A stretch of 60,998 nt of DNA, the filler included, from Actinomycetales bacterium (GTDB lineage Bacteria > Actinomycetota > Actinomycetes > Actinomycetales > CAVURS01), in the NCBI GenBank assembly GCA_045807245.1. It is 3 parts of 3 records of this genome, joined end to end, with 100 filler letters (N's around TTAATTAATTAA, not from the genome) between each part and the next. Parts side by side here need not be neighbours in the genome. Positions count along the whole stretch, not along the records: positions 15,227 to 46,027 come from JBJMHS010000025.1; 2 more parts are not named here. One strand, 5' to 3'. How positions within the stretch are numbered: position 1 is the first letter of the stretch; each line of letters starts with the position of its first letter. Both the position numbers and the translations under genes were made by a program. The notes under the pieces are model-generated. The model was given only the letters and a program-made list of their open reading frames with translations, was not told the DNA's origin and ran no database searches. Positions 28,647 to 38,632 of the stretch are shown piece by piece.

Positions 28647-29846
28647 GTGAGTGACCAGAACCGTTCCGTCATCGTCGCCGGAGCGCGCACCCCGATGGGC
28701 CGCCTGCTCGGCTCGCTGAAGGACTTCAGCGGGGCCGACCTGGGTGGCGTCGCGATCAAGGCGGCCCTGGACCGGGCGGGCGTGGCTCCCGACCAGGTGG
28801 ACTACGTGATCATGGGCCAGGTCCTGACCGCGGGCGCCGGCCAGATCCCGGCCCGGCAGGCGGCGGCCAAGGCCGGCATCCCCATGACGGTCCCGGCGCT
28901 CACCGTCAACAAGGTGTGCCTGTCCGGGCTGGATGCGATCGCCCTCGCCGACCAGCTGATCCGGGCCGGCGAGTTCGAGGTCGTCGTCGCCGGCGGCCAG
29001 GAGTCGATGAGCCAGGCGCCGCACCTGCTGCAAGGTTCGCGCGAGGGGTACAGGTACGGCGACGTCACCATGCGGGACCACATGGCGTACGACGGGCTGT
29101 GGGATGCGTTCACCGACCAGGCCATGGGCGGGCTGACCGAGGCCGCGAACGAGGGCGACCGCGCGTTCACCCGCGAGGAGCAGGACGCCTTCTCGGCGCG
29201 CTCGCACCAGCTGGCGGCCCGGGCCTGGAAGGACGGGCTGTTCGACGACGAGGTCGCGCCGGTCGAGATCCCGCAGCGCAAGGGCGACCCCGTCGTGTTC
29301 CGCGAGGACGAGGGCATCCGGGCCGACACGACCGTGGAGTCGCTGGCCAAGCTCCGCCCGGCGTTCCGGCCGGACGGCACCATCACCGCCGGGTCGGCAT
29401 CGCAGATCTCCGACGGTGCCGCGGCGGTCGTCGTCATGAGCAGGGCGAAGGCCGAGGAGCTGGGTCTGACCTGGCTGGCCGAGATCGGCGCGCACGGTGT
29501 GGTCGCCGGGCCTGACTCGACGCTGCAGTCGCAGCCGGCGGCAGCGATCCGTGCGGCTTGCGCGAAGGAGGGCCTCGACCCCACGTCGCTGGACCTGCTC
29601 GAGGTCAACGAGGCGTTCGCGGCGGTGGGCCTGGCGTCGACCAAGGAGCTGGGCGTCGACCCGGACCGGGTCAACGTCAACGGCGGCGCCATCGCGCTCG
29701 GGCACCCGATCGGCATGTCCGGCGCCCGGCTTGCGCTGCACCTCGCGCTCGAGCTCAAGCGCCGCGGCGGCGGTGTGGGTGCGGCGGCGCTCTGCGGCGG
29801 CGGCGGCCAGGGCGACGCGCTCTTGCTGCACGTGGCCTCGGCCTGA
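28647..29846 (+). CDS. Acetyl-CoA C-acetyltransferase (thiolase)
   Basis: [31 protein letters not shown]. Confidence 0.95.
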   Translation: MSDQNRSVIVAGARTPMGRLLGSLKDFSGADLGGVAIKAALDRAGVAPDQVDYVIMGQVLTAGAGQIPARQAAAKAGIPMTVPALTVNKVCLSGLDAIALADQLIRAGEFEVVVAGGQESMSQAPHLLQGSREGYRYGDVTMRDHMAYDGLWDAFTDQAMGGLTEAANEGDRAFTREEQDAFSARSHQLAARAWKDGLFDDEVAPVEIPQRKGDPVVFREDEGIRADTTVESLAKLRPAFRPDGTITAGSASQISDGAAAVVVMSRAKAEELGLTWLAEIGAHGVVAGPDSTLQSQPAAAIRAACAKEGLDPTSLDLLEVNEAFAAVGLASTKELGVDPDRVNVNGGAIALGHPIGMSGARLALHLALELKRRGGGVGAAALCGGGGQGDALLLHVASA

Positions 29847-29853
29847 CGTCACC

Positions 29854-30831
29854 GTGCCCCGGGAGCTCGATCCCGCGCGCCTCGTCGAGCAGGCCCGGGA
29901 CGGTGACGGCCGAGCGGTCGCACGGCTGGTCACGCTCGTCGAGAGTGACAGCCCGCAGCTGCGCGACGTGATGAAACTCCTTGCGCCACATACCGGTTCA
30001 GCGTTGTCGATCGGCCTGACGGGTTCACCGGGTGTCGGCAAGTCGACCACGACGGCAGCGCTGGTCACCGCCTTTCGGTCCCGCGGGCTGCGCGTCGGTG
30101 TGCTCGCGGTCGACCCGAGCTCGCCGTTCTCTGGCGGCGCCCTGCTCGGTGACCGGGTGCGCATGCAGGACGTCGCACTCGATCCCGGCGTCTACATCAG
30201 GTCGATGGCGACCCGCGGGCACCTCGGTGGCCTGTCCCGGGCCACCCCTCAGGCGCTGCGCGTGCTCGACGCGGCCGGGTGCGACCTCGTCCTGGTCGAG
30301 ACCGTCGGGGTAGGACAGTCCGAGGTCGAGGTCGCGGGTCTGGCCGACACGACCGTCGTCCTGCTGGCGCCGGGGATGGGCGACGGCATCCAGGCCGCCA
30401 AGGCGGGGATCCTGGAGATCGGTGACGTGTTCTCGGTCAACAAGGCCGACCGCGACGGTGCCGACGCCACGGTGCGCGAGATCCAGCACATGCTGGGGTT
30501 GGGGGAGGCCCGCAAGCCGGGCGACTGGCGACCCTCGGTCGTCAAGACGATCGCGACCACACCGCACGGCGTCGACGACCTGGTGGAGGCGATCGACAAG
30601 CACCAAGCCTGGCTCGGCCAGGGCGACGAGCTCCGGCAACGGCGGGTCGCCCGGGCCGCGCGCGAGGTCGAGTCCATCGCCGTCCAGATGTTGCGCGAAC
30701 GGATGGGTGAGGCGCAGCCGGGCGAGGCGAGCCTGGACGACCTCGCGGCGGACGTCGTGGACGGTCGGGCCGACCCGTACGCCGCGGCCGACCGCCTGCT
30801 CGAAAGCGTGGCCGAGTCGTCATCGAGTTGA
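29854..30831 (+). CDS. meaB: Acyl-CoA mutase-associated GTPase MeaB
   Basis: GSPGVGKST, AVDPSSPFSGGALLGDRVRM, ETVGVGQSE, NKAD; GTG start at 29854. Confidence 0.95.
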   Translation: MPRELDPARLVEQARDGDGRAVARLVTLVESDSPQLRDVMKLLAPHTGSALSIGLTGSPGVGKSTTTAALVTAFRSRGLRVGVLAVDPSSPFSGGALLGDRVRMQDVALDPGVYIRSMATRGHLGGLSRATPQALRVLDAAGCDLVLVETVGVGQSEVEVAGLADTTVVLLAPGMGDGIQAAKAGILEIGDVFSVNKADRDGADATVREIQHMLGLGEARKPGDWRPSVVKTIATTPHGVDDLVEAIDKHQAWLGQGDELRQRRVARAAREVESIAVQMLRERMGEAQPGEASLDDLAADVVDGRADPYAAADRLLESVAESSSS

Positions 30832-30856
30832 GACCCGCCACGGCTAGCGTGGCGGG

Positions 30857-30883
30857 GTGCCGACCCTGCCCACGAACCGGTGA
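30857..30883 (+). CDS. Putative leaderless 8-aa upstream ORF (MPTLPTNR)
   Basis: TAGCGT -10 at 30845-30850, GTG 6 nt later; its TGA overlaps the permease GTG (GTGA). Confidence 0.4.
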   Translation: MPTLPTNR

Positions 30884-33800
30884 TTCGCCGGTCTCTCGCC
30901 GGCCAGGCGCTACGGCACCGTTGGGGGCAGGCACTGGTCCTGGTCGTGCTGTCCGGCCTGATCACGGCAGCGGCGGTCATCGGGCCGCTCTATGAGCGGG
31001 CCGTGCACGAGGCCGTCGTTCGCAACGCACTGAACCGGGCGACGGTCAGCCAGCTGGGCCTGTCGAGCCACGCCAACGAGCAGGGTGACGTCTTGGGTCC
31101 GCACCTGCTGCTGCCCCGCCAGGCGCTGTCCCTGTACGGGCCCGACGTGGAGGGGCAGCAGGCGTCGATCGGCATGTTCTACCGTCCGTCCGACCTGGTG
31201 CCGGTGACGATCGCCTCGCGGGCGAACATCTGCGACCACCTGACCTTCGCGCAGGGCAGCTGTCCCAGCGATGCGGGGTCGGTCGCCGTCAGTGTCGACA
31301 CCGCCCGCTTGGCCAACCTGCGCCCGGGCGCCAAGCTGGCCATCTCGGTCGACCCGCAGCGACCGGGTCAGCATGCGCCGGTGCAGGTGGTCGTGTCCGG
31401 GGTCTACCAGCGCTTCGACCCCGCGACCGAGTACTGGTTCGACCATCCGTACGTCACCCCGGTGCCGGCGATCCATGACGAGCCGGACACGATCCTCACG
31501 GCCTTCGGCGACGTGGACCCGATCGTCAAACAGATCCAGGACAAGAACGGCGCCCTCGTCGCGATCGACCGGTTCACCGACATCCCGCTGAAGAGCGAGC
31601 GGATCCACGTTGCCGAGATCGCGCGCCTGCAGGCGGCGATCGAGTCGGCCCGTGCTCTGGCTCAGCAGGACCAGGCCGTCATGGACACCTCGCTCGACGC
31701 GATCCTGAACGACGTCGAGGCCGCCCAGGGGGAGGTGCACGATGTCGTGCCGCTCTTCGCCGCCGAGCTGGTGCTGCTCGCGCTGGCGCTGTTGATGTTC
31801 GTCATGGGCTCCGCGGCCGCGCAGCGCCGGCCCGAGGTGGCCCTCGCCCGCCTGCGTGGGCAGTCGCCGCGCCGCGCGGCCTGGCTGCTGGTCAGCGAGC
31901 TGTCCGTGCCGGCGCTGGTCGGAGTGCCCGCCGGCGCCGCGTTCGCGGCCTTGGCGCTGGAGCTGGCGCGCGCCGTGTGGCTGCCACCTGGCGTACCGTT
32001 CGCCGTCCCGGCCTCGGCCTGGCAGGCGCTCGCGGCTGCGGCCGGCGTGCAGCTGCTCGTCATCGTGGTCGCCGCGCTGCGCATGGTCCGCGAGCCGGTC
32101 GTGACGCTGCTGCGCCGGGTCGGGAGCCGGACGCTGCGCGTGCGGCTCGGCCCGCTCGAGGTGGCAGCGGGAACACTCGCCGTCGCCGGCGTCCTCACTG
32201 TGGTCAGCTCGGGCCTGTCCGGGCCGGTGGCGATCCTCGCGCCCGGGGTCCTCGCGCTGGCGGTCGGCCTGCTCGTCGGGGTCACGGTGCCGGTGGTCGC
32301 GGCCCGGCTCGGACCGCGCGCACTGCAACGGGGCTCGGTCCGCACCGGGCTGGGAGCCTTGCAGATGGCCCGCCGGACCGGGACGCGGGGCGCCTTCGTG
32401 CTGCTCGTCGTGTCGGTCTCGGCCCTCGTCCTGGCCGCGGACTGCTGGCACGTCGCGGCCGAGAACCGGACGGCTCGGGCCGGACGCGAAGTCGGTGCGC
32501 CGGCCGTGCTGCACGTGTCGGCGGCGTCGATGCACGCGGTGGAGGCCGCAGCGGCGAAGCTCGACCCGACGGGCAAGCGGGTCGTCGAGGTGGCGAAGGT
32601 CGTGCCGCCGAACGTCGGCGTCTCGGTGCTGGCCATGCGGCCCGCGGCCGCGGCCGCGGTGGCCCCGGGGGGGTGGAGCGACGACCGGCCGGCCGCACGA
32701 GCGGTCGCTCGGCTCGAACCGCCGTTGCCGCCCACGATCACGTTGACCGGCGGGTCCGTCGACGTGCGGCTCTCGTCAGTGACGGTGCGCGGCGCCAAGC
32801 CGCCGCACCTGGCGCTCGACGTCGTCGGAGTCGACGGCATGCCGGTGTCCTACGACCTCGGCGCACTGCGACCGTCCGCGAAGCCGGTCGACCTGCGGCG
32901 GCCCGTTCCGTGCACCGAGGGCTGCCGCGTGCAGGGCATCACGGTCCAGCGGGAGTTCACGGACGGCGACCCTCAGCTGGCGCAGGTGGACCTGGCCGCC
33001 ATCACGGCGTACCCCGGTGCCGCCCCGGTCGGCCGCGGGACCCCGCTGGCCCTGGGGACCGCGAAGCTGTGGCGTGGATCGACCGCTGCCGTCACGAAGC
33101 CGGACGAGTCGAAGGTGGTCGACGAGGCCCTCGACAACCCCGGAGTCGACATGCAGAAGGCGCTGGACGCCCTCCCGAGCTACGGGGTCACCAGCGTCAC
33201 GGCCGCACCGGGCGGGTCGGGCGTGCGGTTGCGGAGCTACTCGGCCGGCAGCCAGGTCGGCCTGGCGTACGGCGACGTCCCCCTGCGGATCCCGGCCCTC
33301 ACCGTCGGAGTCCTGGCCGATCCCGGGCAGGACGCCAACACGTTCTCGGCCGGACGTCTCGACGGGCTGACTCAGTCGTTCGTCAGCGTCGGTGACATCG
33401 CCGCGGTGCCCGGACTGCCCGGCCGGTCTGCGCTCGTCGACCTCGACCTGCTGGCCCGGCTCGCCGACTCGCACAACAGCGGCACCTCGTACGAGGTCTG
33501 GCTGGCCGAGGCCTCGTCCGCCAACGTCCTTCACCAGCGAGCCGGCCTGGCTCGGCTCGGCGTCACCACCACGAAAGTCGAGACCCTGGCCGACCGTGAG
33601 CGCCAGCTGGGCGACAGCGGCGCCGTCTGGTCGTTGCGGCTCGCCCTGCTCACCGGTCTCGCCGCACTGGTGGCCGCAGCAGCCGTCCTGGTCATCGGCG
33701 TCAGCACGACCGTGCGGGGCAGGCGGTACGACGTCGCCGCTCTGCAGGTGAGCGGCGTCCCGCGGCGGCTCACCGCGGGCGCCGCACTGGGCGAGCTGCT

Positions 33801-34050
33801 GGCGCTGAGCCTGCTCGCGAGCATCGTCGGCGCGGCGTGCGGGGTCGTGGGCGCGCGCCTGCTCTTCCGGACCGCGCCGTACCTGGCCGGCGGGGCGGGC
33901 TTCGACGGCGCTCGCGTCTTCACGGCCTGGCCGCTCGCCGTCCTCGTCTGGCTCGTCGCGGTGGCCGGCCTGGTCGTCGTCTCTGCCCTGTGTGCGCGGT
34001 TCGTCGTCGACGGCGCGCGCCCGGGCTTGGTCCGTGAGTCCGCGTCATGA
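30880..34050 (+). CDS. FtsX/MacB-like ABC transporter permease (large, two FtsX units)
   Basis: Two TM clusters with RRPEVALARLRG and RRYDVAALQVSG motifs and large extracytoplasmic loops; followed by two ATPases. Confidence 0.82.
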   Translation: MIRRSLAGQALRHRWGQALVLVVLSGLITAAAVIGPLYERAVHEAVVRNALNRATVSQLGLSSHANEQGDVLGPHLLLPRQALSLYGPDVEGQQASIGMFYRPSDLVPVTIASRANICDHLTFAQGSCPSDAGSVAVSVDTARLANLRPGAKLAISVDPQRPGQHAPVQVVVSGVYQRFDPATEYWFDHPYVTPVPAIHDEPDTILTAFGDVDPIVKQIQDKNGALVAIDRFTDIPLKSERIHVAEIARLQAAIESARALAQQDQAVMDTSLDAILNDVEAAQGEVHDVVPLFAAELVLLALALLMFVMGSAAAQRRPEVALARLRGQSPRRAAWLLVSELSVPALVGVPAGAAFAALALELARAVWLPPGVPFAVPASAWQALAAAAGVQLLVIVVAALRMVREPVVTLLRRVGSRTLRVRLGPLEVAAGTLAVAGVLTVVSSGLSGPVAILAPGVLALAVGLLVGVTVPVVAARLGPRALQRGSVRTGLGALQMARRTGTRGAFVLLVVSVSALVLAADCWHVAAENRTARAGREVGAPAVLHVSAASMHAVEAAAAKLDPTGKRVVEVAKVVPPNVGVSVLAMRPAAAAAVAPGGWSDDRPAARAVARLEPPLPPTITLTGGSVDVRLSSVTVRGAKPPHLALDVVGVDGMPVSYDLGALRPSAKPVDLRRPVPCTEGCRVQGITVQREFTDGDPQLAQVDLAAITAYPGAAPVGRGTPLALGTAKLWRGSTAAVTKPDESKVVDEALDNPGVDMQKALDALPSYGVTSVTAAPGGSGVRLRSYSAGSQVGLAYGDVPLRIPALTVGVLADPGQDANTFSAGRLDGLTQSFVSVGDIAAVPGLPGRSALVDLDLLARLADSHNSGTSYEVWLAEASSANVLHQRAGLARLGVTTTKVETLADRERQLGDSGAVWSLRLALLTGLAALVAAAAVLVIGVSTTVRGRRYDVAALQVSGVPRRLTAGAALGELLALSLLASIVGAACGVVGARLLFRTAPYLAGGAGFDGARVFTAWPLAVLVWLVAVAGLVVVSALCARFVVDGARPGLVRESAS

Positions 34051-34928
34051 CCGGCCTGGGGGTCGTCGCGCACGGGCTGGTGCACATCTACCGGGCGGAG
34101 GGCAGCGACGTCGTGGCCCTGGGCGGCGTCGACCTCGAGGTCTCGCCCGGCGAGGTGGTCGGGCTGCTCGGGCCGTCGGGTGCGGGCAAGTCCACGTTGC
34201 TCACGCTGCTGGCCGGTCTCCTGCGGCCGAGCGCCGGCAAGCTGTCGGTCGGCGACCATGACCTGCTCGCGCTGGACCAGGCCGGTCTGGACCGGATGCG
34301 CGCGCGGGATGTGAGCGTTGTGCTGCAGGGCGCGGCGCGAAACCTGCTGCCCTTCGCGACGGCCGCCGCCAACATCTCCTTCGCGGCGCGTGCGCTGCCC
34401 CGCTCCGAGCGGCCCGAGCCGAGCGAGGTGCTGGCCATGGTCGGCCTCGACGGCCGGCGCAACGGTCACCTCTCGTCGTACACGCCGGGACAGCTGCAGC
34501 GGCTCGCGCTCGGTGTCGCGGTCGCCAGCGGGCCCGGACTGCTGCTCGCCGACGAGCCGACGAGCGACCTCGACCACCGCGCGCGCGACGAGGTGCTTGA
34601 AGTGATGCGGGACATCAACGACCGGCTCGGTACGACGATCGTCGTCGTCACCCACGACGCCGAGGTCGCGGCCCGCCTGCCCCGGACGGTCACCATCCGC
34701 GACGGCCGGGTCGGATCCGAGGGGCGGCGCGGGGAGGAGCTCGCGGTGGTCGCGCGCGACGGCACCGTGCAGCTGCCACCACAGGTCCTGCGCGACCTCC
34801 CCGCCGGGACGTTGCTGCGGGTGCGGGCCGACGGTGACGGCGTCCGGCTCGAGCCGGCCGACAGCGAGATCGACCGCGCGGCATGGGAACTGGCGCATCA
34901 CGACGAGCCGGCCGCCTCCGATGAGTGA
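34047..34928 (+). CDS. ABC transporter ATP-binding protein (degenerate signature)
   Basis: GPSGAGKST, LLADEPT, VTHD; signature reads YTPGQ. Confidence 0.88.
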   Translation: MTGLGVVAHGLVHIYRAEGSDVVALGGVDLEVSPGEVVGLLGPSGAGKSTLLTLLAGLLRPSAGKLSVGDHDLLALDQAGLDRMRARDVSVVLQGAARNLLPFATAAANISFAARALPRSERPEPSEVLAMVGLDGRRNGHLSSYTPGQLQRLALGVAVASGPGLLLADEPTSDLDHRARDEVLEVMRDINDRLGTTIVVVTHDAEVAARLPRTVTIRDGRVGSEGRRGEELAVVARDGTVQLPPQVLRDLPAGTLLRVRADGDGVRLEPADSEIDRAAWELAHHDEPAASDE

Positions 34929-35583
34929 GGCCCCCATGGTGATCGCCGCCGACGCGGTGTCGGTGGACTATGACGGCGAGCGCCGGCTGCACGACGTGTC
35001 GTTGCGCGTGCCGGCGGGCCGCATGCTGGCCATCACCGGCAGTGCGGGTGCGGGCAAGACCACGCTCCTGTGGGCACTCGCCGGCCTGGTGTCGCCCGCT
35101 GCGGGTGCGGTGACCGCCGGTGGTCAGAGGCGTCGTCGCCACGCGAACGGCGCGCGCATCGTCCTCATGCCGCAGGGTGACGGGCTGGCCGGAGTGCTGT
35201 CGGCGACCGAGAACGTCGTCGTACCGCTGCTCGCATCCGGTGTCCCGCCGCGCGAGGCGCAGTCGAGGGCCGCGACCGCGCTCGAGGCGGTCGGGCTCGG
35301 CGAGGCGGGCAGCCAGCTGGTCGAGGAGCTGTCCGGCGGGCAGCAGCAGCGCGTGTGCGTCGCGCGCGGCCTGGCCCGGCGCGGCGACGTCGTGCTGGCG
35401 GACGAGCCCACGAGCGCGGTCGACGCCGCGAACCGCGGTCTCGTCATGGAGCTGCTGCGGGCCGAGGCCGGACGCGGCGCAGCGGTCGTCGTGGCCACGC
35501 ACGACCCCGAGGCCGCGGCTGCGTGCGACGGCGAGCTGCACCTCGACGACGGCCGGGCGAGCTGGGTCCGTCCGCTGGGCTGA
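34921..35583 (+). CDS. ABC transporter ATP-binding protein
   Basis: GSAGAGKT, LSGGQQQR, LADEPT, ATHD. Confidence 0.9.
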   Translation: MSEAPMVIAADAVSVDYDGERRLHDVSLRVPAGRMLAITGSAGAGKTTLLWALAGLVSPAAGAVTAGGQRRRRHANGARIVLMPQGDGLAGVLSATENVVVPLLASGVPPREAQSRAATALEAVGLGEAGSQLVEELSGGQQQRVCVARGLARRGDVVLADEPTSAVDAANRGLVMELLRAEAGRGAAVVVATHDPEAAAACDGELHLDDGRASWVRPLG

Positions 35584-35618
35584 CGCCACGCTGAGGGCCT
35601 GGCACTACCGTTGCGACC

Positions 35619-36125
35619 GTGCCGGAGCTGGGACTGCCGTTCGACCCGATCGCCCGCGCCGAGGAGCTGTGGCAAGGCCGGTGGGACGCCTCCGTCGCGA
35701 TGTCGGCAGCGACCTCGATCATGCGCGTGCAGCAGCTGCTGCTCGCGCGCTTCGACGAGGTGTTGAAGCCGCACGGGCTGACCTTCGCCCGCTACGAGGC
35801 GCTGGTGCTGCTCGCGTTCAGCCGTTCCGGCGAGCTGCCCATGGGCAAGATCGGCGAGCGGTTGATGGTTCACCCGACCAGCGTCACGAACATCATGCAG
35901 CGCCTCGAGCAGCAGGGGCTGGTGTCGCGACGCCCCAACCCCAGCGACGGCCGGGGCCTGCTGGCCTCGCTCACCGAGGAGGGCCGCGAGGTCATGGAAC
36001 GGGCCACGAAGGACCTGGTCGCGACCGGGTTCGGGCTCGACGCGCTGGGCGAGGACGGCCAGCGAGACCTGTTCGGCCTGCTCCGCGGCGTCCGGCTGGC
36101 CGCGGGTGACTTCGCCGGGGATTAG
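35619..36125 (+). CDS. MarR-family transcriptional regulator
   Basis: GLTFARYEAL, HPTSVTNIMQRLE, DGRG..ASLTEEG winged helix. Confidence 0.9.
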   Translation: MPELGLPFDPIARAEELWQGRWDASVAMSAATSIMRVQQLLLARFDEVLKPHGLTFARYEALVLLAFSRSGELPMGKIGERLMVHPTSVTNIMQRLEQQGLVSRRPNPSDGRGLLASLTEEGREVMERATKDLVATGFGLDALGEDGQRDLFGLLRGVRLAAGDFAGD

Positions 36126-36132
36126 CGAATAG

Positions 36133-36144
36133 TAGGACGTCCTA
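36133..36144. promoter_or_regulatory. Perfect palindrome adjacent to the icmA -10 element (candidate operator)
   Basis: TAGGACGTCCTA, followed by TAAATT (36146-36151) and the GTG start at 36158. Confidence 0.6.
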
Positions 36145-36157
36145 GTAAATTGGCGGT

Positions 36158-37828
36158 GTGAGCGACCCCAGCAGTGGCCGGCAGCGCTGGCAGGACCGGT
36201 ACGACGAGGCGCTCGCGCGCGGCCAGGTGCGCGACGCGGACTTCACCACCCTGTCCGGCGTCGAGGTGGATCCGGTGTACGGCCCGCCCGACGGAGAGCC
36301 CGACCCGCGGATCGGCTGGCCCGGCGAGTTCCCGTTCACCCGAGGTCTCTACCCGACCGGCTACCGCGGCCGCACCTGGACCATCCGGCAGTTCGCGGGC
36401 TTCGGGAACGCCGAGCAGACCAACGAGCGGTACCGGTTGATCCTGGCCCGCGGCGGCGGCGGGCTGTCCGTGGCGTTCGACATGCCGACCCTGATGGGAC
36501 GCGACTCCGACGACCCGCGCAGCCTGGGGGAGGTCGGCCACTGCGGCGTCGCGATCGACTCCGCGCAGGACATGGATGTCCTGTTCCGCGACATCCCGCT
36601 CGCCGACGTGACGACCTCGATGACGATCAGCGGCCCCGCCGTACCGGTCTTCTGCATGTACCTCGTGGCCGCGGAACGTCAGGGCGCCGACATCCGCGCG
36701 CTCAACGGCACGCTGCAGACGGACATCTTCAAGGAGTACATCGCGCAGAAGGAGTGGCTGTACCCGCCGGAGCCGCACCTGCGCCTGATCGGCGACCTGA
36801 TGGAGTACTGCGCCTCGACCATCCCGTCGTACAAGCCTCTGTCGGTGTCCGGGTACCACATCCGGGAAGCGGGATCGACTGCGGCCCAAGAGCTTGCGTT
36901 CACGCTGGCGGACGGCTTCGGGTACGTCGAGCTGGGCCTGAGCCGCGGCCTCGACATCGAGGAGTTCGCACCCGGGCTCAGCTTCTTCTTCGACGCGCAC
37001 CTCGACTTCTTCGAGGAGGTCGCGAAGTTCCGCGCCGCCCGCCGGATCTGGGCGCGGTGGATGCGCGATGTGTACGGCGCGAAGACCGTCAAGGCCCAGT
37101 CGCTGCGGTTCCACACCCAGACGGCAGGTGTGTCGCTCACCGCGCAGCAGCCCTACAACAACGTCGTGCGCACCGCGGTCGAGGCGCTCGCCGCCATCCT
37201 CGGTGGCACGAACTCGTTGCACACCAACGCTCTTGACGAGACCCTCGCGCTGCCCAGCGAGCAGGCCGCCGAGATCGCCCTGCGGACCCAGCAGGTGCTG
37301 ATGGATGAGACGGGTGTCGCGAACGTCGCGGACCCGCTCGGCGGCTCCTGGTACGTCGAGGCGCTCACCGACCGGATCGAGGCCGAGGCCGAGGCGATCT
37401 TCGAGCACATCAGGGCGATGGGCCCGGACGGCACCATGACCGGCGGCATCCTGCGCGGCATCGAGGACGGCTGGTTCATGGCCGAGATCGCCGACGCGGC
37501 CTTCCAGTACCAGACCGCGCTGGAGAAGGGCGAGAAGAAGGTCGTCGGCGTCAACGTGCACACCGAGTCGATCACGTCCCAGCTGGAGATCCTGCGGGTC
37601 AGCCACGAGGTCGAGCGCGAGCAGGTCAAGCTGGTCGCCGCCCGCAAGTCGGCCAGGGACGACGAGCTCGTCCAGGGCACTCTGCGCCGGATGGTCGAGA
37701 TCGCCCGCGGCGACGGCAACATCGTCCCCGCCATGCTCGAGGCCGCCCGGGCCGAGGCCACGCTGGGCGAGATCTGCGGCGCGCTGCGCGAGGTCTGGGG
37801 CGACTACCGCGAGCCGGCCCGCTTCTAG
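36158..37828 (+). CDS. icmA: Isobutyryl-CoA mutase-type acyl-CoA mutase, large (substrate-binding) subunit
   Basis: WTIRQFAGF (Phe where MCM has Tyr) and QTDIFKEYIAQKEW (Gln where MCM has Arg); no B12-binding domain. Confidence 0.85.
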   Translation: MSDPSSGRQRWQDRYDEALARGQVRDADFTTLSGVEVDPVYGPPDGEPDPRIGWPGEFPFTRGLYPTGYRGRTWTIRQFAGFGNAEQTNERYRLILARGGGGLSVAFDMPTLMGRDSDDPRSLGEVGHCGVAIDSAQDMDVLFRDIPLADVTTSMTISGPAVPVFCMYLVAAERQGADIRALNGTLQTDIFKEYIAQKEWLYPPEPHLRLIGDLMEYCASTIPSYKPLSVSGYHIREAGSTAAQELAFTLADGFGYVELGLSRGLDIEEFAPGLSFFFDAHLDFFEEVAKFRAARRIWARWMRDVYGAKTVKAQSLRFHTQTAGVSLTAQQPYNNVVRTAVEALAAILGGTNSLHTNALDETLALPSEQAAEIALRTQQVLMDETGVANVADPLGGSWYVEALTDRIEAEAEAIFEHIRAMGPDGTMTGGILRGIEDGWFMAEIADAAFQYQTALEKGEKKVVGVNVHTESITSQLEILRVSHEVEREQVKLVAARKSARDDELVQGTLRRMVEIARGDGNIVPAMLEAARAEATLGEICGALREVWGDYREPARF

Positions 37829-37873
37829 CCGGCATTTCAGCCGCACGGCACGGCCCCCGTACCCTGGTCCGTC

Positions 37874-38632
37874 GTGGCTGGACGGACGAGGTTCGCGCGA
37901 TACCTCGTCGCCGACCTCCGTGACCTGCTCGAACGGCCGGGCGCGCTGTTCGGTCTCGTCGTCAGTCTGGTCGGCGCCGCCTTCCTCGTCGTCGGGCTGC
38001 TGGGCGCCGTCCTGGTCGGCCCGGACAACACCTGGACCATCACCCGTACGCTGCGGCCGGGAACGCCGGCGGTCATCGTCACGACCGGCGTGGTGGGTGC
38101 GATCGGACCGGAGGTCACGGTCTCCGCGCGCCGCGCGGACGGCCAGCCGCTGTTCGTCGGGCGGGCCATCTCGAGCGACGTCACCGATCTCACCCGGCAG
38201 ACGCCCCGACTGCTCGTCATCGGAGTGCGGCCCCTGCACACGCTGGTGACCGCGCCACGGGCCGGCACCACGAGCCTGCCGCAGGTGCAGACCAGCGATA
38301 TCTGGCGGGACACCAGTGCGGGCACGGGGGAGCGGAGCCTGGACTGGCGGCCGGACGCCGAACCGCAGTCCGTGCTGGTCGCGACGACGGACGGTGCTGC
38401 ACTGCCCGCCCTCAAGCTGTCGGTGGCCTGGCACCGCGGGGGCTGGTTCCCAGGCGCGCTGCTGATGGTCGTGCTCGGGCTGCTGCTCCTCGGTGCCGGG
38501 CTCCACCGGCTCAGCGGTCGTCGGCTGGTCGGCCGGCTGCTCGACCGGGTCCTTTCGCCGCTGGAGCGGGTCCCGATGCCGGCCCGGCGCGCAGGTCGCC
38601 GGCGGGAACCGGATCAGGAGGTGGTCCGATGA
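37874..38632 (+). CDS. Hypothetical membrane protein
   Basis: Two TM segments flanking an extracytoplasmic domain; host-like codon usage; ATGA overlap with the next gene. Confidence 0.65.
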   Translation: MAGRTRFARYLVADLRDLLERPGALFGLVVSLVGAAFLVVGLLGAVLVGPDNTWTITRTLRPGTPAVIVTTGVVGAIGPEVTVSARRADGQPLFVGRAISSDVTDLTRQTPRLLVIGVRPLHTLVTAPRAGTTSLPQVQTSDIWRDTSAGTGERSLDWRPDAEPQSVLVATTDGAALPALKLSVAWHRGGWFPGALLMVVLGLLLLGAGLHRLSGRRLVGRLLDRVLSPLERVPMPARRAGRRREPDQEVVR

